Position numbers and translations under genes: made by a program
Shown: in pieces, positions 19,159-28,583 of the stretch
Numbering within the stretch: position 1 is the first letter of the stretch
Layout of the letters: every line of letters starts with the position of its first letter
Notes under the pieces: model-generated
Told to the model about the DNA's origin: nothing
Database searches by the model: none
Seen by the model: the letters and a program-made list of their open reading frames with translations, nothing else
NCBI GenBank assembly: GCA_043739185.1
Contig: JAYUEN010000386.1
Location: 32,001-96,000, forward strand
DNA: 64,000 bases
DNA from: Bdellovibrionales bacterium
GTDB taxonomy: Bacteria > Bdellovibrionota > Bdellovibrionia > Bdellovibrionales > JAMPXM01
Reading direction: 5' to 3'

Positions 19159-21237
19159 TCAGTACGTGATGCAGCCAGGATTTGAGTTCAGTTTCAAACT
19201 GAAATTTGTCAAACCGGAGGCGGAAGGGGTCGCTGAAACATTTATTAAATAAAAACCAGCATTGAGATCGGCTACGATACGCTCTGAACATTGTGTAGTG
19301 GATGTGCAATTGAGGGGCGGCGAACTTTCGCTAGACGCTCTACGTGAGGAGTTGTCGCCTAAATAGTGTCTTTCAGAATACACGAATAAATCAAGATCGG
19401 CTAAGGCCCCCGAGGGAGTTGAATAACTCAATTGTAAGTCTAATTTTCCTCCGGGATGATAATAAGAATAAAAGCGATCATTGCGAAAATAATCTCCGTC
19501 AAGAGATGCCACTGGTGAAATTGATTCGATGCTGCTGACAAAACAATTACTCGTGTTCAAAATGGCGCCATAGGTTTTGCGATCAGCACTTTGATGTTCC
19601 ATTTGTCGAAGGCTACTCCAATCGGAGTGACCAGACTTGGCGTTTTGCATTAGATGAAAAGAACCCATATTTCGAAAGTGTTGATCATTTGTCCGAAAGC
19701 CCTGGCTCGATCCGTTGAATACTGACCAGATTTCTGCAAAGGGACTCTGTATATTTTCATCAGGTGCCTGTGAGCCAGCGCCGCTCACAGGATGCGGATC
19801 AATTGCATCCCACAACAAACGTGTTATTGAAAATTCGTGATAGATACCTTCCCCATTTGGGTTTGGCGAAACTTGATCGGCTGAGTTTGCCGTAAGATGT
19901 TCGATATCTTCATTGAAAAATACACCGGCGGTGCCATCTTCATTTCCGTAAGTATCTCGATAAACCGGATTGCCAGTAACACTCGCTTGAAAGAAGTCGG
20001 CCCAGCCCTCACTCCATGCCAAGCGAGGATCAAGTTGTGAAAAGCCATCATGACTTCCGCCAGGGGAGTCAGATTTGCCATAGTGATCCTCCATGAAATG
20101 CCCGTATTCGTGAATAATAACAGAGTTATCAAAGTGATCTGTATCTGAATAGTTCACATCGCCATTGATGCCGCCCATAATGAAGAGCTGACTCTTGCCA
20201 GGAAGATAGTAACTGATGCCTGAATTCGGATCGAGACCTTCATAGGCGCCAGGATTAAATCCTTTTTTCCAAAATGCTTGAACCAATGGTCCAACTACAA
20301 ATGGCGTACAGTCCGGAAATGTTGCAGAGCCACAGCCTTGCGCACTTGAAGTAAAGTTACGTAAAAAAACATTGGCACGCGCGAGTTGATCTAAAATATT
20401 AAAAGCTCCGCCTTCAAGACTTCCTTGCGCGGGTGCAATCAAATTTACTTTATTCAAATCGTGAGCCGCAGTAATTGAAGAGCTGACGGCATAACTTTGA
20501 TTCGAAACAGGATCCTGCAAAACATAAGCTTGAAGATTTAGGTTATTGGCACGGGAATGTATTGAAACAAGATACTGAGCATTGGATTTCGGCAAAGAGA
20601 AATTGAAATTACCCATTGAATCGCTTTCGGCACATTGAATGATTTGACCACTGCTATCGCTAATACTTATTTCGGCAAAACGAATTGCCTGAGGAAAATC
20701 ACCGCGCGTTCTTTTTAGATTACTTGAGGTTGATAGATTGAAAGTTTGCGCCTCATTTTTAGGAGTCAAAACGAGTGCACTGCCATTTGCGGTTGCTATC
20801 ATATCTGCGGCGGCATCATTGTTCACCGCCGTCATCAAGTTCGAAATGACATCGCTTGCAGTATAATTTACGCCCGCTTGCCACGAGAAATCATGTGAGT
20901 TAATACTCAAATCGAAAGCTTGGGCGCCTGAAGCGACCACCGGCATCAATGTTATGATTCCATTTGCAATCGGCCCATTGCCATTCACACGAAACTCATA
21001 AACGGCTCGACCCGAAACCAGTACTGCGTCTGAAAAAGTTTTTGATGGGAGATAAGGACAGTAAGGTTCTGGTGGAACAGAAAAAGACGAATTTGAATCT
21101 GAAGAGCTGCCGTTTGAGCAATTATTGAAAAACAGACTTAGGATCAACATGAAAAAAACAAAATGAACAAGAGCCTTGACCTTTTGCCAGAAGATTCTAT
21201 TTGAGCTGAAGAAAATATTTGAAGACTTAGTGGCCAT
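19159..21237 (-). CDS. Lipoprotein zinc metallopeptidase (HExxH) with accessory domains
   Basis: Hydrophobic leader ending FNNC, IIHEYGHF, downstream AWSEGWADFF, and a C-terminal PPC-like segment (DLDLFVY). Confidence 0.75.
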   Translation of the reverse strand: MATKSSNIFFSSNRIFWQKVKALVHFVFFMLILSLFFNNCSNGSSSDSNSSFSVPPEPYCPYLPSKTFSDAVLVSGRAVYEFRVNGNGPIANGIITLMPVVASGAQAFDLSINSHDFSWQAGVNYTASDVISNLMTAVNNDAAADMIATANGSALVLTPKNEAQTFNLSTSSNLKRTRGDFPQAIRFAEISISDSSGQIIQCAESDSMGNFNFSLPKSNAQYLVSIHSRANNLNLQAYVLQDPVSNQSYAVSSSITAAHDLNKVNLIAPAQGSLEGGAFNILDQLARANVFLRNFTSSAQGCGSATFPDCTPFVVGPLVQAFWKKGFNPGAYEGLDPNSGISYYLPGKSQLFIMGGINGDVNYSDTDHFDNSVIIHEYGHFMEDHYGKSDSPGGSHDGFSQLDPRLAWSEGWADFFQASVTGNPVYRDTYGNEDGTAGVFFNEDIEHLTANSADQVSPNPNGEGIYHEFSITRLLWDAIDPHPVSGAGSQAPDENIQSPFAEIWSVFNGSSQGFRTNDQHFRNMGSFHLMQNAKSGHSDWSSLRQMEHQSADRKTYGAILNTSNCFVSSIESISPVASLDGDYFRNDRFYSYYHPGGKLDLQLSYSTPSGALADLDLFVYSERHYLGDNSSRRASSESSPPLNCTSTTQCSERIVADLNAGFYLINVSATPSASGLTNFSLKLNSNPGCITY

Positions 21238-21397
21238 ACCTCGTCTTCGGCAGAATTAGAAATCGGCCTTACAAGGCCTTCGCAAAATTGGCCTAAAGTT
21301 ACCTCATATGTTGAGCTTCAATTTAATAATTACCGAATAAAATCGTTGTCAAAACGAGACAGCATCAGATAAGTTTTGAGTCGCGAAACGAGGTCCT

Positions 21398-21655
21398 ATG
21401 CAAAAAGGTTTTAATTCAGATATCGAGTATGATGGTAGCAATTACCACGTTCAAAGTGAGGATTGGGGCACTGAAAACCCTTATTTAGTTAGTCGAGTTT
21501 TTTTAAATGGTGCCGTAATTAAAAATATTAAAACTTCGTATCGGGATGTCCTTAAGCCCAGTTCTTATCAAGACCCACGAGCAATTCGTCTAGCCTTGAT
21601 TGAACAACATCAACAGGTTCTAGACCAACTTGTGTCTGGCAGTTTAATTTATTAA
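21398..21655 (+). CDS. Small hypothetical protein
   Basis: Has a GAGG SD and a globular-looking sequence (GFNSDI..YHVQSEDWG). Directly upstream of ftsE. Confidence 0.75.
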   Translation: MQKGFNSDIEYDGSNYHVQSEDWGTENPYLVSRVFLNGAVIKNIKTSYRDVLKPSSYQDPRAIRLALIEQHQQVLDQLVSGSLIY

Positions 21656-21690
21656 TTGGTTCATTTAAAGTCACAGCTTACACTATAGGA

Positions 21691-22350
21691 ATGATACATT
21701 TTTCGCACGTCTATAAGACTTATTCTGGTGGCGTTCATGCACTTTCAAATATAGATCTCGAAATTCACAAGGGCGAATTTCTTTTTCTAACCGGCCCGAG
21801 TGGCTCTGGCAAGACTACACTATTTAAAATGATTAGCGCCTTTGATGCGGCAACCTCAGGAAAACTCTTTGTTGAGGGTTATGATTTGAGTCGGATCAAC
21901 CAACGAGAAATTCCTTTTCTTAGAAGAAAAATTGGCGTGGTATTTCAGGACTTCAGGCTCCTTCGAAAGCGCAGCATTTTTGAAAATGTTGCTTTGCCAC
22001 TTCAAATTAAAAATGAAAAGGCGAGTTATATTCAAAGACGAACGCAAGAAGTCTTAGATCAAGTGGGCCTCATATACAAAGCCAAATCTTTTCCAGAGCA
22101 ACTCTCCGGCGGAGAACAACAGCGCGTGGCGATAGCTCGGGCGATCATTCATCAACCAGGGGTTTTGATTGCGGATGAGCCAACCGGTAATTTAGATCCT
22201 GAGTTGAGTGAGGAGATTATGGATCTTCTCGTAAAAGTAAATTCTCAAGGGACCACAGTTTTTGTTGCGAGCCATGATCACGATTTGGTGCGAAAGCGAG
22301 CGCGCAGAGTCGTTCAAATTCAAGCAGGCAAAATCATTTCAGATTGTTGA
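21691..22350 (+). CDS. ftsE: Cell division ATP-binding protein FtsE
   Basis: GPSGSGKTT, LRRKIGVVFQDFRLL, LSGGEQQRVAIARA and ADEPTGNLDP motifs. Confidence 0.95.
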   Translation: MIHFSHVYKTYSGGVHALSNIDLEIHKGEFLFLTGPSGSGKTTLFKMISAFDAATSGKLFVEGYDLSRINQREIPFLRRKIGVVFQDFRLLRKRSIFENVALPLQIKNEKASYIQRRTQEVLDQVGLIYKAKSFPEQLSGGEQQRVAIARAIIHQPGVLIADEPTGNLDPELSEEIMDLLVKVNSQGTTVFVASHDHDLVRKRARRVVQIQAGKIISDC

Positions 22351-22363
22351 GAAAGAACCAATA

Positions 22364-23290
22364 ATGAGAGAAGAAATATCAAATTTGAAGCGTGCTTGGA
22401 TTCATCATACGGGAATGCAATTTGCGACCTTGTTGGTCTTGGTTGCAAGTTTCTCGGTTATTAGCTTCATTTTAATCTTCATGTTAAATCTTCAATCTGT
22501 TCTTACGAGCTGGGGCGACTCGATTCGTGTTACGGCTTATTTAAAAGAAAATGTAACGGATGAGCGGATTGAACTTATCAAGAAGAATATTTCAGCGCTC
22601 AAAGATGCTGAAAAAATTGAATTTGTAGACAAATCCACCGCAAAGAACTTGTTCAGGCAACAAATGGCAACCTATGCGCCGTCGCTCTTGAATGATACCG
22701 AGTTTTCAAATCCATTTCCGGCAAGTGTGATCATTAGCCTCAAGTCTGGTTTGCGCGACCAAAGCGGCACATCTCGACTTGAGCGAATTGCCACTGAGCT
22801 CCAAGCCATGCCCGAGGTTGAGGATGTTTCTTACGGGCAAAATTGGGTCCAGAATTTTTCACATCTGGCTGAGGCCATTTCGCATTCTGGTTGGATCTTA
22901 ATCTCAGTCATATTGGCCGGCAGTCTTCTCATTATTAGCAATTCGATTCGAGTGAGTATTGCGAGTCGAAAAGAAGAGATTGAAATTCTAGAGCTGGTCG
23001 GAGCTACCGCAAAGATGATTCGACTTCCCTTTATTTTTGAAGCGGCATTTATGGGATTCTTGGCAATGTGTATAGCGCTTATCACGAACTACGGTATTTT
23101 CACTTGGGAGCAATCTTTTTTGCGAGACAATCTCGCATTTGCCAGACTGACTGAACAAATTTTATTTTTACGGCCGGCAGCAATATTCGGTCTTTTAGTT
23201 GCAGGCCTCTTTTGGGGCGCTTTGAGTGCTTATTTCACAATAAGAAAAATGAACAATGGTTGGTTGGCCGCAGAAGGAAAGTTTGAGTGA
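22364..23290 (+). CDS. ftsX: Cell division permease FtsX
   Basis: TM1, periplasmic domain (NPFPAS), ISNSIRVSIASRKEEIEILELVGAT. Start moved to ATG 22364. Confidence 0.9.
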   Translation: MREEISNLKRAWIHHTGMQFATLLVLVASFSVISFILIFMLNLQSVLTSWGDSIRVTAYLKENVTDERIELIKKNISALKDAEKIEFVDKSTAKNLFRQQMATYAPSLLNDTEFSNPFPASVIISLKSGLRDQSGTSRLERIATELQAMPEVEDVSYGQNWVQNFSHLAEAISHSGWILISVILAGSLLIISNSIRVSIASRKEEIEILELVGATAKMIRLPFIFEAAFMGFLAMCIALITNYGIFTWEQSFLRDNLAFARLTEQILFLRPAAIFGLLVAGLFWGALSAYFTIRKMNNGWLAAEGKFE

Positions 23291-24480
23291 ATAAGAAGAT
23301 CATTCAAAGGTTTTTTGCATTCAGCGCATTGTTGGTTTTTACAAGGCACTCATATGCCCTTGAAACCACCGTGATACTTCAAGGAGTCGAAACTGCGCCT
23401 GAGGCCAAAGAGGTTGCGGTTGAAGTGCAAAAAAATCGCGACTCAATCTCAGAGAAAGATCAAGAAAAGCGTAAGATTTTGGGCTCGCTTTACGAGATTT
23501 CAAGGCGAATGAGAAAAATCACGCAGGAAAAAGGCGAAATGACAGATCGTCTACTTCGTACTCAAGGCAATGTTAAGTTCATTGCTAAAGATATTGCCAA
23601 ATTAGAAAAGAAAATAGAAGGTGAGCAAAAAGCACTTAAAACCAGTATAAAAAATCTCTACAAAATGTCCGGCGAGACATATTTGGCGATCCTCTTTTCT
23701 CAAGAAACAGCATTGTCTTTAGATCGTTCGCTCAAATTTCTAAAGATTCTTTCAGAGCGTGATTTTGAATTGATCAAATCTTATGAGAAAAGCATCGCGG
23801 AGCTAACCACTAAAAAAAGCAAACTCAATTTACAAGTAAAAAAGCTCATTCATATTGAAGGGGATATTAAAAAGCAAGAGTCACTTCTTTTGACCGAACA
23901 CAACGAGAAGTCGAAGATTGCGTCCGAAATTGAAAGTAAGAAACTGGCAAATGTTGAGAAAATTAAAACTTTGCGAACCAAAGCTGAGGAGAAAAAACTC
24001 ACAAATTTCGACTCGGCACTATCAGACTTGCTCAAGTCGGCCTTTTATGAAAACAAAGGACAATTGCCTGCGCCCATTTTCGGTCAGATCATTCACGACT
24101 TTGGTCTGAGCAAACACGAAGAATATCCAATTGAATTCAGTCACAAGGGTTGGTTGTACTCCGCTGCAAAATCAGCAGTGGTAACCGCTATCTTCGACGG
24201 AAGAGTTTCGTTCTCGGGCTCAATCGAGGGTTATGGGGAAACGCTGATTCTTGATCACGGAGATCACTACTACTCGGTTTACTCTCACCTAAGTCAAGTC
24301 AAGGTCGCGCAAAATGAGGTGGTGAAAAAATCCCAGCGGATCGCGAGTGCTGGCTCGACATCTCAAGCAAATGATGTTGGAATTTATTTTGAGATTAGGC
24401 ACTTTTCAGAACCCGAAAATCCAAAGCAGTGGATTTCACCTCAAGACGTAAAGGTTTCGTTGCGGGATGCAAAAGAGTGA
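23287..24480 (+). CDS. envC: Murein hydrolase activator EnvC (coiled coil + degenerate M23/LytM)
   Basis: Signal peptide, long coiled coil, GYGETLILDHG...YSVYSHL...YFEIR. Follows ftsEX. Confidence 0.85.
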   Translation: MNKKIIQRFFAFSALLVFTRHSYALETTVILQGVETAPEAKEVAVEVQKNRDSISEKDQEKRKILGSLYEISRRMRKITQEKGEMTDRLLRTQGNVKFIAKDIAKLEKKIEGEQKALKTSIKNLYKMSGETYLAILFSQETALSLDRSLKFLKILSERDFELIKSYEKSIAELTTKKSKLNLQVKKLIHIEGDIKKQESLLLTEHNEKSKIASEIESKKLANVEKIKTLRTKAEEKKLTNFDSALSDLLKSAFYENKGQLPAPIFGQIIHDFGLSKHEEYPIEFSHKGWLYSAAKSAVVTAIFDGRVSFSGSIEGYGETLILDHGDHYYSVYSHLSQVKVAQNEVVKKSQRIASAGSTSQANDVGIYFEIRHFSEPENPKQWISPQDVKVSLRDAKE

Positions 24481-24525
24481 CCAGATTAAAAGTAAAATAT
24501 GCGACTAGAATTCAAAGGAGATTTC

Positions 24526-25992
24526 GTGACTAGCAAATTTAAGAAATTCATCTGCAGCTTTCTCTTCATTTTGGCTCTTACAGTCGTGCTTTTACTTTTT
24601 AGCGCAAATAGCATTTCCGCTTTCGCAGCCGAGCGTTATCAAGAGCTTCAGATTTTTACCAAGGTGCTCAATTTTGTACAGCAGTATTATGTCGAAGAAG
24701 TTGACACCAAGAAACTGGTCTATGGCGCCATAAAAGGAATGTTGCAGGAATTAGATCCCCATACAAATTTTTTACCGCCAGATCTCTACAAAGAATTTGA
24801 AAGTGAAACCAGTGGCGAGTTTGGCGGACTCGGGATCGAGATCACCGTGCAAAATGATGTGCTGACGGTGATTGCGCCGATCGAGGATACTCCGGCATGG
24901 GAAGCTGGCATTCAAGCTGGCGATAAAATTGTTGAGGTCAATGGTGAAAGTACAAAGGGTTTGAGTCTTGCAGAAGCGGCACAAAAGATGCGCGGCAAAC
25001 GTGGGAGCAAGGTTCGCCTCGGAATATTTCGCGATGGCTTCGATAAGCCTAAGGAGTTTGTTGTACAACGAGGAGTCGTCAAGATTCGCTCAGTCAAATT
25101 CACCGACTTAAACGACGGCTTTGGCTACATTCGACTTACAAGCTTTATTGAAAATTCCGGCGCCGAAATGGAGAAAGCCGTAAAGGAACATGTTAAAAAT
25201 AACAAGCTTGGAGTAAAGGGTTTGATTATTGACTTGCGCAGAAATCCCGGCGGTCTTTTGGATCAAGCAATTCGCATCAGTAATCTATTTTTAGATAAGG
25301 GGATTATCGTTTCAACAATCGGTCGAAATCAGCGTGAAAAAGAAGTCGTCATGGCCAAGAAAGAGGGCGGCTTTGTCAATTTCCCTTTAATCGTTTTGAT
25401 CAATGAATATTCTGCTAGTGCTAGTGAAATTTTAGCTGGAGCTTTGCAAGACAATAAGCGTGCACTGATCATGGGGCAAACCAGTTTTGGCAAAGGTTCC
25501 GTTCAGTCGGTTGTAAAATTGGGAGACGGATCGGCGCTGAAGCTTACTGTAGCTAGATATTATACGCCAAGTGGTCGCTCCATTCAGGCCGAGGGGATTA
25601 AACCAGATGTATTCATTGATGATGTCGATGCCGAAAATTATAAGAAGGCCATTATCAAGAGAGATGTTCGACGTGAATCCGATATGCAAAATCATTTGCT
25701 CGGTACCAAAGAGCAAGAACAGGCCAAAGAAAACGATGCAAATAAATCAAGTTCGACAGATAAGAAAACCGGTGAAGATGTGAACTACTGGTGGAAGAGC
25801 GATACTTCGAAAAAGAAGCCGGCTTCACCAAGAGAAAAGCTACTGAGCGAGGATTTTCAAGTCATGCAAGCATACAATTATTTAAGAGCTTGGCGCACGA
25901 TTGAAAATTATGGAGGCGGCGTTGCTCCTCCAACCGCAAGCATTGCACCTGAGCCGTTAAATGCTAAAGGGCAAAAAAAAGAGACTAAATAA
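24526..25992 (+). CDS. ctpA: Carboxyl-terminal processing protease (S41, PDZ)
   Basis: LDPHT, FGGLGI, DLRRNPGGLL, SASASEI and FGKGSVQ motifs. Probable GTG start 24526 after AAGGAG. Confidence 0.93.
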   Translation: MTSKFKKFICSFLFILALTVVLLLFSANSISAFAAERYQELQIFTKVLNFVQQYYVEEVDTKKLVYGAIKGMLQELDPHTNFLPPDLYKEFESETSGEFGGLGIEITVQNDVLTVIAPIEDTPAWEAGIQAGDKIVEVNGESTKGLSLAEAAQKMRGKRGSKVRLGIFRDGFDKPKEFVVQRGVVKIRSVKFTDLNDGFGYIRLTSFIENSGAEMEKAVKEHVKNNKLGVKGLIIDLRRNPGGLLDQAIRISNLFLDKGIIVSTIGRNQREKEVVMAKKEGGFVNFPLIVLINEYSASASEILAGALQDNKRALIMGQTSFGKGSVQSVVKLGDGSALKLTVARYYTPSGRSIQAEGIKPDVFIDDVDAENYKKAIIKRDVRRESDMQNHLLGTKEQEQAKENDANKSSSTDKKTGEDVNYWWKSDTSKKKPASPREKLLSEDFQVMQAYNYLRAWRTIENYGGGVAPPTASIAPEPLNAKGQKKETK

Positions 25993-26007
25993 ATTGTTAT
26001 GCGGGCC

Positions 26008-26727
26008 CTAACGTGACCTTAGGCGTTTTAGATGTTCTTCGCTCCACCAGAGTTTGCCAAATTGCGAGCTCTCGTTTTTTTCATTCAGGATTTGTATGCT
26101 CGAATTGAGAGCCCTTGAATGAAGTGAAATTTGCTTGGAGAAATTGAGAACATAGGTCTCGATTTCTGTGCGAGATAAAACCTGATCTATCAGGTTGAGA
26201 CGAGCGGCCTCATAAGCAGAAAGAACCTCGCTTCTCAAAAGAGATCTTTTCAGTTGATTCAGAGATATGCGTTCTGCAAGACGTGATGTTCCTCCCCAGC
26301 CGCAAAGCAAAGCCTGTTTCGATTGCCAAAAGCCAAAGAGAACCTCTGGCGTTGCAAAAGCGAAGTCGCAACATGATAAAAGTTCAATACCACCACCAAA
26401 ACAGTCGCCGGTGAGCATGGCAACTTTGACCATTTTTAGTTCATGAAAGCGTTTTAAAATGCTCGCGATCTCGCGATTCAGCTTTATTCCAGAAGCTTTG
26501 CTATTTAAATTTCGATAGTTTTTTAGGTTTCCGCCGGTGCAAAAAAAGCGACTCGTTCCGGTGAGCAAGAGTAGGTTTTTTTTTGACTTGGGAGCACTTA
26601 GCTTTTTGATATGAGAATCGAACTCACGTGCCGTTTCAATACCAAGCGCATTTCCGGTTTCGGGATCACTCAACGTGATTTTGATGATTCTCTCGTCGAG
26701 ATTCTCTGCTACAATTTTGGTCGGCAT
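26008..26727 (-). CDS. Enoyl-CoA hydratase/isomerase (crotonase) family protein
   Basis: FCTGGNL and GDCFGGGIELLSCCD motifs. Confidence 0.85.
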   Translation of the reverse strand: MPTKIVAENLDERIIKITLSDPETGNALGIETAREFDSHIKKLSAPKSKKNLLLLTGTSRFFCTGGNLKNYRNLNSKASGIKLNREIASILKRFHELKMVKVAMLTGDCFGGGIELLSCCDFAFATPEVLFGFWQSKQALLCGWGGTSRLAERISLNQLKRSLLRSEVLSAYEAARLNLIDQVLSRTEIETYVLNFSKQISLHSRALNSSIQILNEKNESSQFGKLWWSEEHLKRLRSR

Positions 26728-26752
26728 AAATTCCTTAACTTATGAAAAGCGC

Positions 26753-27439
26753 TTAAAGCCCGCCAACCAAACCTGATTTACCTACAAATTCAACACCCAC
26801 CCCACAACCACCACCATTCATTCCCTTGTTTGAACACCAAACAACTTTTGCGGGCATCGCATAGGACTTCTGAATTTCATCTAAAGTAATATGAACCTTC
26901 AATTGATCGCCTCGTTTGACCATAGCGCTTCCTACTAACTCTATATAGGCGCCGCCTTTTGATAGGTTAAATAATATACTATTAGCATTTGGGCGCCCGC
27001 GATCACCCCATTCGACGTCCGCCGACATCACGGTGTCGTACCTGCGATGAATGCGTTGATAAACATTTCGGGCGTTGAGAAACTTGCGAATGATTCCCTG
27101 CAAATCACGAATGACAAAGGGCTTTTCTAAGAAAACCATATTCTGCATACTTTGAAGTTCTTTGATGGACTCTAAACTCTCAATTTTTGCGCTCACTAAA
27201 ATCGGACCGTTATAAGCTGCGGCTCGCAGAGACATCACGCTGGCACGTATTTCTTTTGAATAATTGGTCACATTCATTATTACTAAGCTCGAATTAGGAT
27301 CCAATACTGTACTCAAACCCTGCGGCCGGACGCTCAAAAATCGCATTTCACCGAGTTCAGTCACCAAGGGATCTATTTTCTTTTTCAAAATGAAATTTTC
27401 TTCTTCTGAGGTGCTGGCTAAGACAATTCGATGACTCAT
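26753..27439 (-). CDS. PilZ-domain protein with degenerate receiver-like N-terminal domain
   Basis: RxxxR (RIHRR) and NxSxxG (NLSKGG) c-di-GMP motifs, AKVVW, GVGVEF. FLEKPF resembles a REC domain end. Confidence 0.85.
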   Translation of the reverse strand: MSHRIVLASTSEEENFILKKKIDPLVTELGEMRFLSVRPQGLSTVLDPNSSLVIMNVTNYSKEIRASVMSLRAAAYNGPILVSAKIESLESIKELQSMQNMVFLEKPFVIRDLQGIIRKFLNARNVYQRIHRRYDTVMSADVEWGDRGRPNANSILFNLSKGGAYIELVGSAMVKRGDQLKVHITLDEIQKSYAMPAKVVWCSNKGMNGGGCGVGVEFVGKSGLVGGL

Positions 27440-28317
27440 AGTGAAGCTCCCTTTTTGGCAGAACAGATCTCATTTAATTTCGCTAAACTTGAAAAGCAAA
27501 TTTGTGAAGATTTCTGTGTGTAGTCGCTTGAAAGTGCGGTGTCGCTCGCCCAAATATCTTTGCCAATGGCTACTTCTAAACGCGAGGAAAAATGAAGGCT
27601 GCCTGAGGTTTTATTGCAGTTCCAGCGGGTTTCATTTTGTATTCCAATTTGATTGAGCAAAGCAGAAAACAAACGGAGGCGCGCGCGCTCATTCGGAATG
27701 ATTCTTCCGCCAAGCATTTCGTCAACACTGAGGGACTCACTCGCTTGCTCTAACAAAGCAGATTCAATATCTTTTCTAAAAGATTTAGATGCGAGAATGG
27801 CATCGAATGCAATCGCAAGCTCTGTGCCCACTTTGCAGTTTTGTATACTGCAACTTACTTTTTGAAGCGCAGCCTTCCAGCGCAAATCGTCATTGGCAAA
27901 TTTTTGCAAGAGAGTCTTTGGAGCGGTCTGCTCAAGAGTTTTTTCATTGTATCCTAGGTTTGCAAGCAGTCGACTGCGAGTCTGAATAAGGCTTGCAGGA
28001 GAATCGAGCTCCAAATCAAAATTATTTTTGAAGACAGAAGTGGCCTGCATAAAGGCATCCTTTAAGTTCTGCAGAGATGAAAGTGTCACTTCTTGAGAAG
28101 AAAGAGGTTTTAATTTTAGAATCTTAAAGGTCTCATTTCGGGACTGAAATTGCGCATTCAGTGCACCAAGACTGTTAACTGTCGAGCAGCTACCGAAGCC
28201 AGTCGGCGCAACTTCAGTGGCTTTAATGGGCGAATTAAGCGCCCCTAATAGGGCTCGCCCGTCGGCTCTCACTTCTACCAGATTGATCATAATGAGTATG
28301 GCTATAAGACTTTTCAT
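27436..28317 (-). CDS. Secreted hypothetical protein
   Basis: GAGGAG SD, signal-peptide-like start, ATGA overlap with the PilZ gene. Confidence 0.7.
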   Translation of the reverse strand: MKSLIAILIMINLVEVRADGRALLGALNSPIKATEVAPTGFGSCSTVNSLGALNAQFQSRNETFKILKLKPLSSQEVTLSSLQNLKDAFMQATSVFKNNFDLELDSPASLIQTRSRLLANLGYNEKTLEQTAPKTLLQKFANDDLRWKAALQKVSCSIQNCKVGTELAIAFDAILASKSFRKDIESALLEQASESLSVDEMLGGRIIPNERARLRLFSALLNQIGIQNETRWNCNKTSGSLHFSSRLEVAIGKDIWASDTALSSDYTQKSSQICFSSLAKLNEICSAKKGASL

Positions 28318-28338
28318 AGACTCCTCTTTGCCTATAGC

Positions 28339-28365
28339 TTATCGGGACTTTAAAACCTAAGTTTA
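28339..28365 (-). promoter_or_regulatory. Putative sigma28 (FliA) promoter
   Basis: Minus strand TAAA-N15-CCCGATAA versus consensus TAAA-N15-GCCGATAA. Confidence 0.7.
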
Positions 28366-28521
28366 TGAATGGGGGCAAATATCTGTTTAATTTTGTCTTC
28401 TCAAAGTGATGCGAAACCTCTCAAAATCTTTGATTCGATTGATGAATGTAAGCTTACGTAAAATTAGTTATCAATAAAATGCGTATGAATCTGTCGAAAT
28501 CCTTTGCGGCGAGCTTCGACT

Positions 28522-28548
28522 TAAGATCTTTTTTCAAAATGTCGAATA
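28522..28548 (+). promoter_or_regulatory. Putative sigma28 (FliA) promoter
   Basis: TAAG-N15-GTCGAATA, upstream of AAGGAG and TTG 28584. Confidence 0.5.
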
Positions 28549-28583
28549 AACTCTGTTCTTTTCAATTCGATAAAGGAGCCAAC

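Noticed and set aside
24100..24420. Missing zinc ligands in the M23 domain
   Set aside because: Expected for EnvC-type amidase activators, so not novel.
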